Shown: in pieces, positions 9,656 through 19,406 of the stretch
Numbering within the stretch: the stretch's first letter is position 1
Layout of the letters: every line of letters starts with the position of its first letter
DNA from: Candidatus Lustribacter sp.
GTDB taxonomy: Bacteria > Vulcanimicrobiota > Vulcanimicrobiia > Vulcanimicrobiales > Vulcanimicrobiaceae
Length of the DNA stretch: 64,000 nt
Assembly (NCBI GenBank): GCA_965277805.1
Contig: OZ255842.1
Span: forward strand, 928,001-992,000
Direction of reading: 5' to 3'
Position numbers and translations under genes: made by a program
The notes under the pieces: generated by a model
What the model saw: the letters and a program-made list of their open reading frames with translations, nothing else
Database searches by the model: none
What the model was told of the DNA's origin: nothing

Positions 9656-10993
9656 GTGCAAACCGAAGAAGACGTCACGGGCACGGCGCCGTTTGACGCG
9701 GAGCGCTATCTCACGACGCTTCGGGCGGCGGATTTGCTGCGCACGAACGGCAAGGTGCGTCAAGTCATCGGCACCGTGATCGAATCGAACGGCCCGCCGA
9801 TGTCGATCGGCGAGACCGCGAACATCATCTACCGCCGCGCATCGGACCCGGTGCTCTCCGAAGCGGTCGGCTTCCGCGATTCCAAAGTGCTATTGATGCC
9901 GCTGGGCGAGCTGGGCGGCATCGCCGCCGGTTCCGACGTCGTTGCGCTTGGCCATCCGCTGCAGATCGGCTTGACCTCGGCGCTGCTCGGCCGCGTGCTC
10001 GACGGTTTGGGCCACCCGATCGACGGCCTCGGCCGCATCGACGATGCGGTGCCGGCCGAAATCACCGGCGTGCCGCCCAATGCTCTGCGCCGCCGGCGCG
10101 TCACCGAACCGCTCGGCATGGGCGTGCGCGCGATCGACGGCCTGCTCACCTGCGGCAAGGGCCAGCGCGTCGGTATCTTCTCCGGCAGCGGCGTCGGCAA
10201 ATCGACGCTGCTGGGCATGATCGCGCGCAATACGACGGCCGATGTGAACGTGATCGCGCTGGTCGGCGAACGCGGTAAGGAAGTTCGCGACTTCATCGAA
10301 CGCGATCTCGGCGAAGCCGGGTTGAAGCGTTCGATCGTCATCGTCGCCACCAGCGATCAGCCGGCGCTCGTGCGCATCAAGGCCGCCTACGTTGCGACGC
10401 GCATCGCCGAGTTCTTCCGCGACGCCGGACTCGACGTGATGTTGATGATGGACAGCGTCACCCGCTTTGCGATGGCGCAGCGCGAGGTCGGCCTCGCGAT
10501 CGGCGAGCCGACGACCACGCGCGGCTACACGCCCTCGGTGTTCGCCGCGTTGCCGAAGCTGCTCGAGCGCGCCGGCACTTCGGAAACCGGCACGATCACC
10601 GCCCTTTACAGCGTGCTCGTCGAAGGCGACGACATGAACGAGCCCGTCGCCGACGCCGTGCGCGCGATCCTCGACGGCCACATCGTGCTCTCGCGCCGGA
10701 TGGCGTCGGCCAACCACTTCCCCGCCATCGACGTACTCTCGAGCGTAAGCCGCGTGATGCCCGACGTCACCTCCGACGCGCACTTCGCCGCGGCTTCGAA
10801 AGTGCGCGACATGCTCGCGACCTACCGCGAAGCGGAAGACTTGATCAACATCGGCGCGTACGTGGCCGGCTCGAATCCGCGCGTCGACCTCGCGATCGCG
10901 CGTAACGAAACGATCCGCTCGTTCACCCGTCAAGGCATCTACGAAGTCTCGACGTTGGACGAAGCGCAACGCGCCGTCACGGCGCTCGGATAG
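9656..10993 (+). CDS. fliI: Flagellar export ATPase FliI
   Basis: 'GQRVGIFSGSGVGKSTLLGM', 'LMMDSVTRFAMAQREVGL', 'ILDGHIVLSR'. Confidence 0.98.
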   Translation: MQTEEDVTGTAPFDAERYLTTLRAADLLRTNGKVRQVIGTVIESNGPPMSIGETANIIYRRASDPVLSEAVGFRDSKVLLMPLGELGGIAAGSDVVALGHPLQIGLTSALLGRVLDGLGHPIDGLGRIDDAVPAEITGVPPNALRRRRVTEPLGMGVRAIDGLLTCGKGQRVGIFSGSGVGKSTLLGMIARNTTADVNVIALVGERGKEVRDFIERDLGEAGLKRSIVIVATSDQPALVRIKAAYVATRIAEFFRDAGLDVMLMMDSVTRFAMAQREVGLAIGEPTTTRGYTPSVFAALPKLLERAGTSETGTITALYSVLVEGDDMNEPVADAVRAILDGHIVLSRRMASANHFPAIDVLSSVSRVMPDVTSDAHFAAASKVRDMLATYREAEDLINIGAYVAGSNPRVDLAIARNETIRSFTRQGIYEVSTLDEAQRAVTALG

Positions 10994-10999
10994 CACGCC

Positions 11000-11464
11000 G
11001 TGGCTAAGTTCAATTTTCGGCTCGATCCCGTCCTCGACTTCCGGCAGCGCTTGGAAGACGAACAGCAGATCGTTCTGGCGGCAGCCGTTTCGGCGCTGCG
11101 CGCGGCCGAAGCGCAACGCGACGACTACGTCCAGCGCCGTCAGGAAATGCGCTCGCGCCTGCTCCTCCACCACGGGGAGATGGAGAGCGTGGAACTGCGC
11201 GCGACCTACGCGCACTGCGATTTTCTCGATCGCTCGATCGTCGCGCAGCAGAAAGTCGTCGACGCGGCCAAGGCCAAAGCCGACCAAGAGCGCGCCAAAC
11301 TCGTCGTCAAGACCAAGGACAAGAAAGTGCTCTCGGTGCTGAAAGACCGGCGCCGCGAGAGCTTCGACTCCGAAGCCGCCGCAAGCGAACAGCGGGAGAA
11401 CGACGAGATCAACTCCCGCTACTACGACCGCCTCACACCCACCACCGGGGAGATTCCGTCATGA
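11000..11464 (+). CDS. fliJ: Flagellar export protein FliJ
   Basis: 'FNFRLDPVLDFR', coiled coil, C-terminal 'EQRENDE'. Confidence 0.9.
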   Translation: MAKFNFRLDPVLDFRQRLEDEQQIVLAAAVSALRAAEAQRDDYVQRRQEMRSRLLLHHGEMESVELRATYAHCDFLDRSIVAQQKVVDAAKAKADQERAKLVVKTKDKKVLSVLKDRRRESFDSEAAASEQRENDEINSRYYDRLTPTTGEIPS

Positions 11465-12120
11465 TCGTCACGCGCCAGCGAAAGAAGAAGCAGAGCAACC
11501 TGCCGATCCTGCTGCCGATTGCCGCGATCGCTATGCTGGCGATCGCGCTGACCTGGCCGCCGTCGCGCAACTTCATCACGAACGGGCCGCTCAAGCCGGT
11601 CGCGACCGTCTTCGACGGGGTCTGGGGAACGGTGTCCCGGCCGCTGAGCTTCGCCTACCAGCAGCAGCAGATCACCGATCGCAACCAGTCGATCAAGGCC
11701 CTCAACGACAAGCTCGAGGCGGACCGCAAGGCCCAAGACGACAAGGACACCCAGATCGCGCAGCTCCAGAAGCAAATCGCCGCCGCCAATGCCGAGCCCG
11801 AGCCGACCACGGCCCCGGCGGGTCCGATCGCCGGTCAGCCGGCCGGAGCCCCCGCTGCCGCCGGCGGCGCTGCCGGTAGTGCGAGCCAGCCGGCGGCCTC
11901 GGATGCCGTCCGCCGCGACGCCCAGCAGTGGTCGGCGATGGACCCGGAGACCGCCGCCGCCCTCGTCCAGAAGCTGCCGACCGGCTTCGTTTCGACCGTT
12001 TTCGCCCAGATGTCGCCCGACTCGGTCGGCCCCATCATGGACGCTCTGCCGCCCAAAGTTGCCGCCCTGATCGTCGAAAGCGGCACCAACCCTCAGATTT
12101 CGGCTCAACCGGGCCGATAA
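11461..12120 (+). CDS. MotE/YlxF(FlbB)-like flagellar protein (TM + coiled coil + MgtE_N-like repeats)
   Basis: 'WSAMDPETAAALV...FAQMSPDSVGPIMDALPPKVAALI'; position after fliJ as in Firmicutes. Confidence 0.75.
   Translation: MIVTRQRKKKQSNLPILLPIAAIAMLAIALTWPPSRNFITNGPLKPVATVFDGVWGTVSRPLSFAYQQQQITDRNQSIKALNDKLEADRKAQDDKDTQIAQLQKQIAAANAEPEPTTAPAGPIAGQPAGAPAAAGGAAGSASQPAASDAVRRDAQQWSAMDPETAAALVQKLPTGFVSTVFAQMSPDSVGPIMDALPPKVAALIVESGTNPQISAQPGR
12093..12120 (+). promoter_or_regulatory. Putative sigma28 promoter upstream of fliK
   Basis: TCAG-N16-GCCGATAA overlapping the upstream stop codon; fliK has a strong SD (AAGGAGGTGA). Confidence 0.55.
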
Positions 12121-12192
12121 ACAGGATAGCCGGCCTCGCACGGCCTTTTGCCGTTGCCCGCCGGACTCTCCATAGATGAAAGGAGGTGAAGA

Positions 12193-13923
12193 ATGAATCC
12201 AATTATCGCAGCCCTAGTCACCCCCTCAACCGGAACCTCGGGAACGTCTGCGTCGACACCGTCGACACCGGCGCAACCGCCATCACCCGCGGATGCCTCA
12301 TCGGCCGCGCAATTCAAGTCGCAGTTCGATCAAGCCGTCGCGGCGTTGGAAAACTCCGGGTCAACCACGTCAGGAAACACCGCCGCCACGAGCGGAGCGC
12401 AAGCTTCGACCGCCGGTTCAACGGTGCAATCTGCCGTCGCTGCCGACATGCTGCAGGAAGCACTTCAAAAGAAGATCGCTGACTTGCTCGCAAAGGGGGA
12501 AACGGTTTCGGAAATCGTCCAACAGCTCGCAGCCTCGCTCGCAAGTACATTTGCGCAGCAATTCGGCGGCGATCCGGCGGCGATCCAAAGCCAATTGCAA
12601 CAGGCATTCACGACGGCGCTCAACCTGCCGACATCGACAGGACCGCCGCTCTCGAACGCCGATCTTGCATCGGCCCTCGCACAACAGTTTCGGCAAGTAG
12701 CCGATGTTGCGGCGGGGGTGCTCGGTGAGACGGGGCAATCGAATCGACTATTCGCAGGAAGTAACTCGGACGCGGCAACCACCGCGGGAGTGCAACCGGC
12801 CCCACAAACATCCGATAACAACCCAACATCGGCCGATTCGATCGCGAATGACGCTGCGGCGTTACTCGCATCTCTCACCGCATCTCAAGGCGACGGCAAA
12901 ACCGTCGCAACCAACGGCGCACCGGTCGTCGGTTCGAACGGGGACACCCTGCTCGGCCGCATTCTCGCGCGCGCGTCTCAGTCGTCGCAAACGTCGACCG
13001 GGTCGCAAGCGGCAGACGCCTCTGCACCGGGATCACTAAGCCTCACGGTTTCGGCTCTCGCCCAAGCGGCGGCAGCGCTCGATACCAGTGCGGCAAACAC
13101 CCCCGTCGCTACCGACTCGTCGGTCGCGGCAATTCAGCGCGCCGTTGCCAACGCCGAGGCGCAGTCCGTCGTGAACTCCGGTTCCACGCCGGCGACCACC
13201 TCAACATCCGCAACGCCGCCGGCCCTCAGTCCGGCCGTCCTGGCTTTCGTCAAGGCCTTCAGCGACGCAATCGCATCAACGAGTGCGGCGCCCGCAGCCA
13301 AGACCAATGCCGGCGACAACGACCCGGCCTCGCTCCTCCAGACCACCGACTTGTCCTCGCAAGCCCCGACGATCGGCGCATTCGCGTCCGTCCAAGGTGC
13401 CGTGCAGAACGATGCGGTGTCGACGGATGGTTCGCAAAGCCCAGCCCCGCTACCGTCGCAGACGACGGTGGATCCCAACCTCGTCGTCGGTCAACTCCTG
13501 CACGGCTTGTCTCTCAACACGGTCGACACAACGTCCACCGTGCGGATGCGGCTCGTGCCCGAAGAACTCGGCGACGTCAGCGTCAAGCTCACCATCGAAG
13601 GCAACTCGGTTTCCGCGCAAGTTATGGCGCAGACGCCGGCCGCTCACGATGCGCTCGTCGCCGGACAAGGACAGCTCGCCCGTGCGTTCGAGGACGCCGG
13701 CTTGAAGCTCACGAGCTTCAACGTCGACCTCGCCGGCGGATTCGCCAGCTTCCAACAACAGCAGCAACAGCAATCGTCTCAACAAGGCGCGTCCAACGGA
13801 CGCCCCCTACTCGGCGGAGTCGATACGCCCGAGACGGACGATGCCTCGCTGGTGGCCGCGCCCAACTTCGGTCCGCCGGTTTTGGCGGGCGTAAGCTGGA
13901 GCGCTCTCAACTACCTAGCCTAG
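12193..13923 (+). CDS. fliK: Flagellar hook-length control protein FliK
   Basis: Long S/T/A/Q low-complexity region and C-terminal 'MRLVPEELGDVSVKL...LARAFEDAGL' domain, then a poly-Q tract. Confidence 0.88.
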   Translation: MNPIIAALVTPSTGTSGTSASTPSTPAQPPSPADASSAAQFKSQFDQAVAALENSGSTTSGNTAATSGAQASTAGSTVQSAVAADMLQEALQKKIADLLAKGETVSEIVQQLAASLASTFAQQFGGDPAAIQSQLQQAFTTALNLPTSTGPPLSNADLASALAQQFRQVADVAAGVLGETGQSNRLFAGSNSDAATTAGVQPAPQTSDNNPTSADSIANDAAALLASLTASQGDGKTVATNGAPVVGSNGDTLLGRILARASQSSQTSTGSQAADASAPGSLSLTVSALAQAAAALDTSAANTPVATDSSVAAIQRAVANAEAQSVVNSGSTPATTSTSATPPALSPAVLAFVKAFSDAIASTSAAPAAKTNAGDNDPASLLQTTDLSSQAPTIGAFASVQGAVQNDAVSTDGSQSPAPLPSQTTVDPNLVVGQLLHGLSLNTVDTTSTVRMRLVPEELGDVSVKLTIEGNSVSAQVMAQTPAAHDALVAGQGQLARAFEDAGLKLTSFNVDLAGGFASFQQQQQQQSSQQGASNGRPLLGGVDTPETDDASLVAAPNFGPPVLAGVSWSALNYLA

Positions 13924-13932
13924 GAGCAACTC

Positions 13933-14430
13933 ATGGCAACAACTTCGGGTGTTTCTTCGGGACTTCCGATTGCCAAGCTGATTAACAACGGCACCACAAC
14001 CGGAACCTCGTCATCGTCGACATCAGCTGATGCCGGTATCACGAGCCAACTCGGGCCAAGTGCTTTTCTGCAACTGCTCACAACGCAGCTGTCGAATCAA
14101 GATCCGCTCAATCCCATGGACGACACTCAGTCCGTCTCCCAGCTCGCGCAATTCTCTGCGTTGCAGGCAAGCGACAATCTCGAAACGTCGTTTTCCAACT
14201 TCCAGTCGAACTTCGCGGTACTGCAGTCCTCACAGCTCATCGGTCAAACCGTTACCGTCAATTCCACGGATGCCACGGGCAACTCGTCGTCTATCACGGG
14301 TACCGTCGCGGGAATTTCGGTCGTCAACGGCGTGCCGCAGATGACGCTTGAGAACAACGGAACCGTCGTAACGGGTACCAACGGTGCCCCGATTACCTTC
14401 ACCACGTCTCAAATCACGGGTATCCAATAA
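13933..14430 (+). CDS. flgD: Flagellar hook capping protein FlgD
   Basis: 'FLQLLTTQLSNQDPLNPMD...QLAQFSAL', 'LIGQTV'. Confidence 0.95.
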   Translation: MATTSGVSSGLPIAKLINNGTTTGTSSSSTSADAGITSQLGPSAFLQLLTTQLSNQDPLNPMDDTQSVSQLAQFSALQASDNLETSFSNFQSNFAVLQSSQLIGQTVTVNSTDATGNSSSITGTVAGISVVNGVPQMTLENNGTVVTGTNGAPITFTTSQITGIQ

Positions 14431-14432
14431 TC

Positions 14433-14828
14433 GTGGATCCCATAACAGACGGCGTCCAGATCCCGCCGTCAGTCGCACCTGTACGACCGCAAGGCACGCC
14501 CGTACAAATCCCGCCCACAATCGGGCCGGGGTTCCGGGATGTACTGCGCGAGACGGTTGCGCCCAGCAGTCAGCCGCTCAAGTTCTCAGCACACGCGATG
14601 CAACGTCTCCAATCGCGCAACATCACCCTCAGCACCGACGATGTGGACCGCATGAACCAGATGGCCGACAAGGCCGCTGCCAAAGGGTCCAAGCAGTCGC
14701 TGTTCATGATGGGCGATACCGCGATGGTGGTCAGCATCAAAAACCGTGTGGTGATCACCGCGGTCGACTCTGATTCGATGAAGGAGAACGTGTTCACCAA
14801 CATCGACTCGGCGGCGATTATCAAGTGA
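14433..14828 (+). CDS. TIGR02530-type flagellar operon protein
   Basis: 'LKFSAHAMQRLQSRNI...KGSKQSL...VVSIKNRVVITAVD...NVFTNIDSA'; located between flgD and flgE. Confidence 0.9.
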   Translation: MDPITDGVQIPPSVAPVRPQGTPVQIPPTIGPGFRDVLRETVAPSSQPLKFSAHAMQRLQSRNITLSTDDVDRMNQMADKAAAKGSKQSLFMMGDTAMVVSIKNRVVITAVDSDSMKENVFTNIDSAAIIK

Positions 14829-14843
14829 CTCACTATTCACTCC

Positions 14844-14899
14844 GGAAGCGGACCGAAGGTTCGGAGCTTCCCGCGGGACCGATCGAAAGACGTCTCGCG
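14844..14899 (+). ncRNA. Putative structured cis-regulatory RNA in the flgE leader (two hairpins)
   Basis: Stem 1 GGAAGC/GCTTCC with inner GACC-GAA-GGTT; stem 2 CGCGGGAC/GTCTCGCG with a GAAA-capped inner loop; no U-tract. Confidence 0.45.
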
Positions 14900-14919
14900 A
14901 CCCTAATGAAAGCAAACTA

Positions 14920-16416
14920 ATGGCCAACGATTCGTTGTTCATTGGCGTTAGCGGTTTAACGGCATACCAGAACCAGATTGACGTCATCTCGAACAACATC
15001 GCGAACGTCGGCACGACTGGCTATAAAGGCCAAGATGTCGACTTCCAAGACCTCCTGTATCAAAACCTCGGATTTGCATCGGCGCCCACCTCGACGCACG
15101 GCGGCATCAACGCCGAGCAGCAGGGTGACGGCGTTAAAATCGGTTCGATTGACACCAGCTTCACGCAAGGCGGCTTGCAGACGACCGGCGTCAACACGAA
15201 CCTCGCCATCAACGGCAACGGCTTCTTCGCCCTGAACAACATCAACGGCAGCGGAAGCACGACCTATACGCGTGACGGCGACTTCTCGCTCAACGAGAGC
15301 GGTTATCTCTATAGCCCCGCCAACGGTCTGGCCGTGTTGGGCTATCCCGTGGGACCCGGCGGAACGATCTCGCAAGTTGCGCCCCCGCAACCGATCCAGA
15401 TCCCGTTCGGCCTCAAGTCGATCGCGGTCGGTACCGGCTTCGGAGCGAAGTCCGGTCCGACGACGGACAACGTGTACGACGTCTCGCTCGGGGGCAACCT
15501 CGATCAGACCGACTACATCACGGCCGTCTCGAGCAACAGCGCGAACATCATCGCGACGACGATCACGACGACCGTGTACGATTCGCTGGGCGGACCGCAC
15601 GAAGTCCAGATCACCTACCAGCCGGATCCCCCGGTTGCCAACGGTGGTACCGGTATCGTCGAACCCGGAACGACTGTGGTCAACGCCGCCGGCGTTGCGG
15701 TCACGGCCGCTACCGAGTTCAAGTTCACCGTGACGTCGACGGACGGTTCGACCAACGGTGCACAACCGAACCTCGGTACCGGGTACATCTTCTTCGATCA
15801 AAACGGACAGTTCATCAACACGTCGTCAACGCCAATCCCGGGCGCCGGCACCACGCACGTGGCGCAAGCGGCTCCGAGTACGGCAACCGGCGACCTCTTC
15901 ACGGTGACGCGTTGGGGCACGCCGAGCGGCGCGAACAACGCATCGCCGGTCGGTGCCGGTACGGCCAATCCGGCCGACATCGGCCTCGACTTCTCGAACA
16001 TGACCAGCCTCAACTCATCTGCCACCGCCAACACGGTTTCGCAGAATGGGTACGGACCGGGTATTCTCTCGAATATGACGATCGGCCAAGACGGCACGAT
16101 CACCGGTGCGTTCACTAACGGCCAAAACCAAACGTTGGGTCGGCTCGCGCTGGCAACTTTCGGCAACGAAGGCGGCTTGACGCGACTCGGGGGCAACCAA
16201 TTCGCAACGTCGGCCAACTCTGGGCTCGCCCAGTACGGCTTTGCGAATCAGGCTGACTTCGGCAGCATCGATTCGGGTTCGCTCGAACAGTCCAACGTCT
16301 CGATCGCGAGTGAGTTCACGAAAATGATCATGGCTCAGCGCGCATTCGAGGCCAACGGCAAGAGCATCACGACCGCAGATCAAGATCTGCAGACCGTGAT
16401 CGGGCTCAAGCAGTAG
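14920..16416 (+). CDS. flgE: Flagellar hook protein FlgE
   Basis: 'SLFIGVSGL...DVISNNIANVGTTGYK', 'LAINGNGFF', 'YTRDGDF', 'GSLEQSNV...MIMAQRAFEAN'. Confidence 0.96.
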   Translation: MANDSLFIGVSGLTAYQNQIDVISNNIANVGTTGYKGQDVDFQDLLYQNLGFASAPTSTHGGINAEQQGDGVKIGSIDTSFTQGGLQTTGVNTNLAINGNGFFALNNINGSGSTTYTRDGDFSLNESGYLYSPANGLAVLGYPVGPGGTISQVAPPQPIQIPFGLKSIAVGTGFGAKSGPTTDNVYDVSLGGNLDQTDYITAVSSNSANIIATTITTTVYDSLGGPHEVQITYQPDPPVANGGTGIVEPGTTVVNAAGVAVTAATEFKFTVTSTDGSTNGAQPNLGTGYIFFDQNGQFINTSSTPIPGAGTTHVAQAAPSTATGDLFTVTRWGTPSGANNASPVGAGTANPADIGLDFSNMTSLNSSATANTVSQNGYGPGILSNMTIGQDGTITGAFTNGQNQTLGRLALATFGNEGGLTRLGGNQFATSANSGLAQYGFANQADFGSIDSGSLEQSNVSIASEFTKMIMAQRAFEANGKSITTADQDLQTVIGLKQ

Positions 16417-16426
16417 GTTCACTTCC

Positions 16427-17935
16427 GTGAAACGCCGTCGCGCGCCCTCGGGTAAGGGAGACCCTGCCCGGGGCGCGTCCGGCGTGACCTATCCGCTCTC
16501 CCTGTGCATGATCGTGCGCAACGAAGAGCGATTTCTCGGCGACGCCCTCACCTCGGTGCAGGGCGTCGTTGATGAAATCTGCATCGTCGATACGGGATCG
16601 ACCGACGGTACCGTCGCGATCGCCGAATCGTTCGGTGCCCGCGTCAAGCACGTGACTTGGCGAGATGATTTTGCTTGGGCGCGCAATCAGGCGCTCGAGA
16701 TGGCAACCGGTGCGTGGATCTTCGTGCTCGATGCCGACGAACGGCTCGCACCGGAATCGCGCATCCAACTGCGCGGCGTGCGCGGGATGAAGCCGGCCGG
16801 CGAGGGCCTCTGGATCCGCTGCCGCAACTACACCGACGCCGAACGCGAGAACGTGGCATCGACCAACGCGATCGTGCGCGTCTTTCCGAACGATCCGGCG
16901 ATCCGCTATCGCGGCACGCTGCACGAATTCGTCGTGCGCGAGGGTGAAGACCGCCCGATCTCGGCCGAGCGGACCGCGATCGAGATCGTGCACCTCGGCT
17001 ATACGCACGCCGTCATGGTGTCCCGGGGCAAAGCCGAGCGCAACCTGCGCGTGAGCCGCGCCGCCTACGAAGCTGCGCCGTCCGATCCGATCCTGGTCTA
17101 CAACTACGCGATGTCGGCGTTGCTGGCAGGCGAGACGGCGCTCGCGCGCGTGCAACTCGAACGCGTTGCCGAACTGACTGCCGGCACGCCGCGCGGCTAC
17201 CGCCCGATGGCGCTCTCGAAGCTCGCCGGCCTTTACGTCGATGAGGGACGGCCCGGGGATGCGCTGCGCGTCGCCGACGAGTGCATCGGGCTCGTGCCGA
17301 CCTATCCTGACGGGCACTTCGCGCGCGGCCGCGCCTTGACCGGGCTCGGCCGCTACGACGAGGCGCGCAGCGCGTACGAGGAGTCGATCCGCTGCGGGCT
17401 GAGTACCGCGTTCGAGCATTTCGTCGTCGACGAAGAGATCGCGATCTGGAAAGCGCACAACGAGATCGGCGGAACGTTCGTTTTACAGCGCCGCTACGCC
17501 GAAGCGCGGGAGTGGCTCGAGCGCGCCTTAGCGGCGCACCCCGGCGAGCGTACCCTGATGCTCAATCTCGCGCGTTGCCGCGAATCCGCCGGCGATGCGG
17601 CCGAAGCGCGCGCGGTATTTTGCGCCGTGCTCGATGCTTTCCGCGACGAGAACGCCGCGATCGAGTACGTGAACTTCGTGTTCCGGCACGACTCGGCGGA
17701 CGGCGTGCTCGAAGCGGTCGAGGCGGCGCTGCCGTTTCTCGGCGACGACTACCACCGCGCGTTTCTCGCCTCGGCCGCGGCCGGGATGTTGCGCGAGAAC
17801 CGGCGCGACGACGCGTCCGCGCTACTGGAGCGCGTCCTCAGCGTGGGCGGCGAACCGGGTATCGGACGGGCCGTCATCAAGGCGCTCGCCGAGCACTATC
17901 GCCAGCCCGAACTCGACGCGATCCTCGTAGGCTAA
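16427..17935 (+). CDS. GT2 glycosyltransferase with TPR repeats (flagellin-glycosylation type)
   Basis: 'LSLCMIVRNEE', 'IVDTGSTDGT', 'DFAWARN', DxD in 'VLDADERL'; C-terminal TPR helices. Confidence 0.88.
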   Translation: MKRRRAPSGKGDPARGASGVTYPLSLCMIVRNEERFLGDALTSVQGVVDEICIVDTGSTDGTVAIAESFGARVKHVTWRDDFAWARNQALEMATGAWIFVLDADERLAPESRIQLRGVRGMKPAGEGLWIRCRNYTDAERENVASTNAIVRVFPNDPAIRYRGTLHEFVVREGEDRPISAERTAIEIVHLGYTHAVMVSRGKAERNLRVSRAAYEAAPSDPILVYNYAMSALLAGETALARVQLERVAELTAGTPRGYRPMALSKLAGLYVDEGRPGDALRVADECIGLVPTYPDGHFARGRALTGLGRYDEARSAYEESIRCGLSTAFEHFVVDEEIAIWKAHNEIGGTFVLQRRYAEAREWLERALAAHPGERTLMLNLARCRESAGDAAEARAVFCAVLDAFRDENAAIEYVNFVFRHDSADGVLEAVEAALPFLGDDYHRAFLASAAAGMLRENRRDDASALLERVLSVGGEPGIGRAVIKALAEHYRQPELDAILVG

Positions 17936-17936
17936 C

Positions 17937-19406
17937 GTGCGCGTCAGCGGGACCCCATTTTCGAGCGTCGAGCAGCTGCGCGAGATCGACGAGCGCATCG
18001 AGGCCGATCCCGATGATGCCGAGGTGCTGTTCGAACGCGCGCGCGCGCTCGACGACCTCGGGCGCGTCGTCGACGCCATGCACGCCTACAAAGCGGTGCT
18101 CGATGCGGAACCCAAGCACTTCGGCGCGCTCACCAATCTCGGCACGCTGTTTCTCGAACAGGGCATGGTCGAAGGCGCGACCGCCTCGTTCCATGCCGCG
18201 CTCGATAGCGATTGGGAAGATCCGCTCGGGCACTTGAACGTTGCGCTGCTCAACACGCACACCGGCGCCTACGAGGCCGCGCGCGGACACTTCGAGCGCG
18301 TGCTGCGGCTGTTTCCCGATGACGATCACGCGCGGCTGCACGCGCACAACGGGCTCTCGCGCGTCTACGAGCGCGAAGGCGACGACGAGCGTGCCGACGA
18401 GCATCTGCGGCTCGCGTTTGCCAAACCCGTCATCTGGACGTTCCCCTATCGCGGAACGGCGGAGCCCCTGCGCGTGGTCGTGCTCCAATCACCGCGCGGC
18501 GGCAACGTCATCAACAACCAGTTCTTCGACGACCGGCTGGTCGAGCGCAGCGTGGTCGTTCCCGAGGCTGCCGGCGCGGACTTTGCGTTTCCGCCACATC
18601 ACGTCGTGTTCAACGCCATTGGCGATCCCGACTCGACCCGCCGCACGCTCGAACGCGCGGCACAGCTCCTCACCGCAACGAACGCGCCGGTGATCAACGA
18701 TCCGCGGGCCGTGCTGCTCACCGACCGGCAGACGACGATGGAACGGCTGGCGGCGCTGCCCGGCGTGGCCGCGCCACGCACCCGGCGGTTCCGGCGCGAC
18801 GACATCAACGCGGACCGCCTGACCGCCGAAGGCTTCGCGTTTCCGCTCTTGCTGCGCTCGCCCGGATTTCACGCCGGCGATAACTTCGAACTCGTGACGG
18901 ATGCGGCGCAGTTGCCGGCCGCGCTTGCGGAGCTGCCGGGCAACGACCTCTACGCGATTGCATTCTACGATGCCCGCGCGCACGACGGCTGGGTGCGCAA
19001 GTATCGCGTCGTGTTCATCGACGGCCGCCCGTATCCGGTGCACCTCGCGATCGCGCAGCAGTGGAAGGTCCACTACTTTTCCGGAGCGATGGCCGAGTCG
19101 GCGGCGCATCGGGCCGAAGAGCAGCGCTTTCTCGACGGCATGGACGCCGTGCTCGGCGCCGGCGGGATGGCGACGCTCGGCGCGATCGGCGCGACGCTGC
19201 AGTTGGATTACGGCGGGGTGGACTTCGGCCGCGATCGCTACGGCCGCATCATCGTCTTCGAGGCGAACGCGACGATGGCGGTCTATCCGCCGCCCGACGA
19301 CGCGCTGTGGGATTACCGCCGCGCGGCGCACGCGAACGCGATTGCGGCCGTGCGCGCGATGCTCGTCGAGCGGGCCGTCAGGTCAGGCTATATCCGCTCG
19401 CGGTGA
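17937..19406 (+). CDS. TPR + ATP-grasp (RimK-like) protein
   Basis: N-terminal TPRs; 'FPLLLRSPGFHAG', 'RKYRVVFIDG', 'LDYGGVDFG...IIVFEANATM'. Confidence 0.75.
   Translation: MRVSGTPFSSVEQLREIDERIEADPDDAEVLFERARALDDLGRVVDAMHAYKAVLDAEPKHFGALTNLGTLFLEQGMVEGATASFHAALDSDWEDPLGHLNVALLNTHTGAYEAARGHFERVLRLFPDDDHARLHAHNGLSRVYEREGDDERADEHLRLAFAKPVIWTFPYRGTAEPLRVVVLQSPRGGNVINNQFFDDRLVERSVVVPEAAGADFAFPPHHVVFNAIGDPDSTRRTLERAAQLLTATNAPVINDPRAVLLTDRQTTMERLAALPGVAAPRTRRFRRDDINADRLTAEGFAFPLLLRSPGFHAGDNFELVTDAAQLPAALAELPGNDLYAIAFYDARAHDGWVRKYRVVFIDGRPYPVHLAIAQQWKVHYFSGAMAESAAHRAEEQRFLDGMDAVLGAGGMATLGAIGATLQLDYGGVDFGRDRYGRIIVFEANATMAVYPPPDDALWDYRRAAHANAIAAVRAMLVERAVRSGYIRSR

Noticed and set aside
13753-13785. 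Poly-Gln tract in fliK as a phase-variable repeat
   Set aside because: Mixed CAA/CAG codons, in frame, in a region that is normally low-complexity in FliK.
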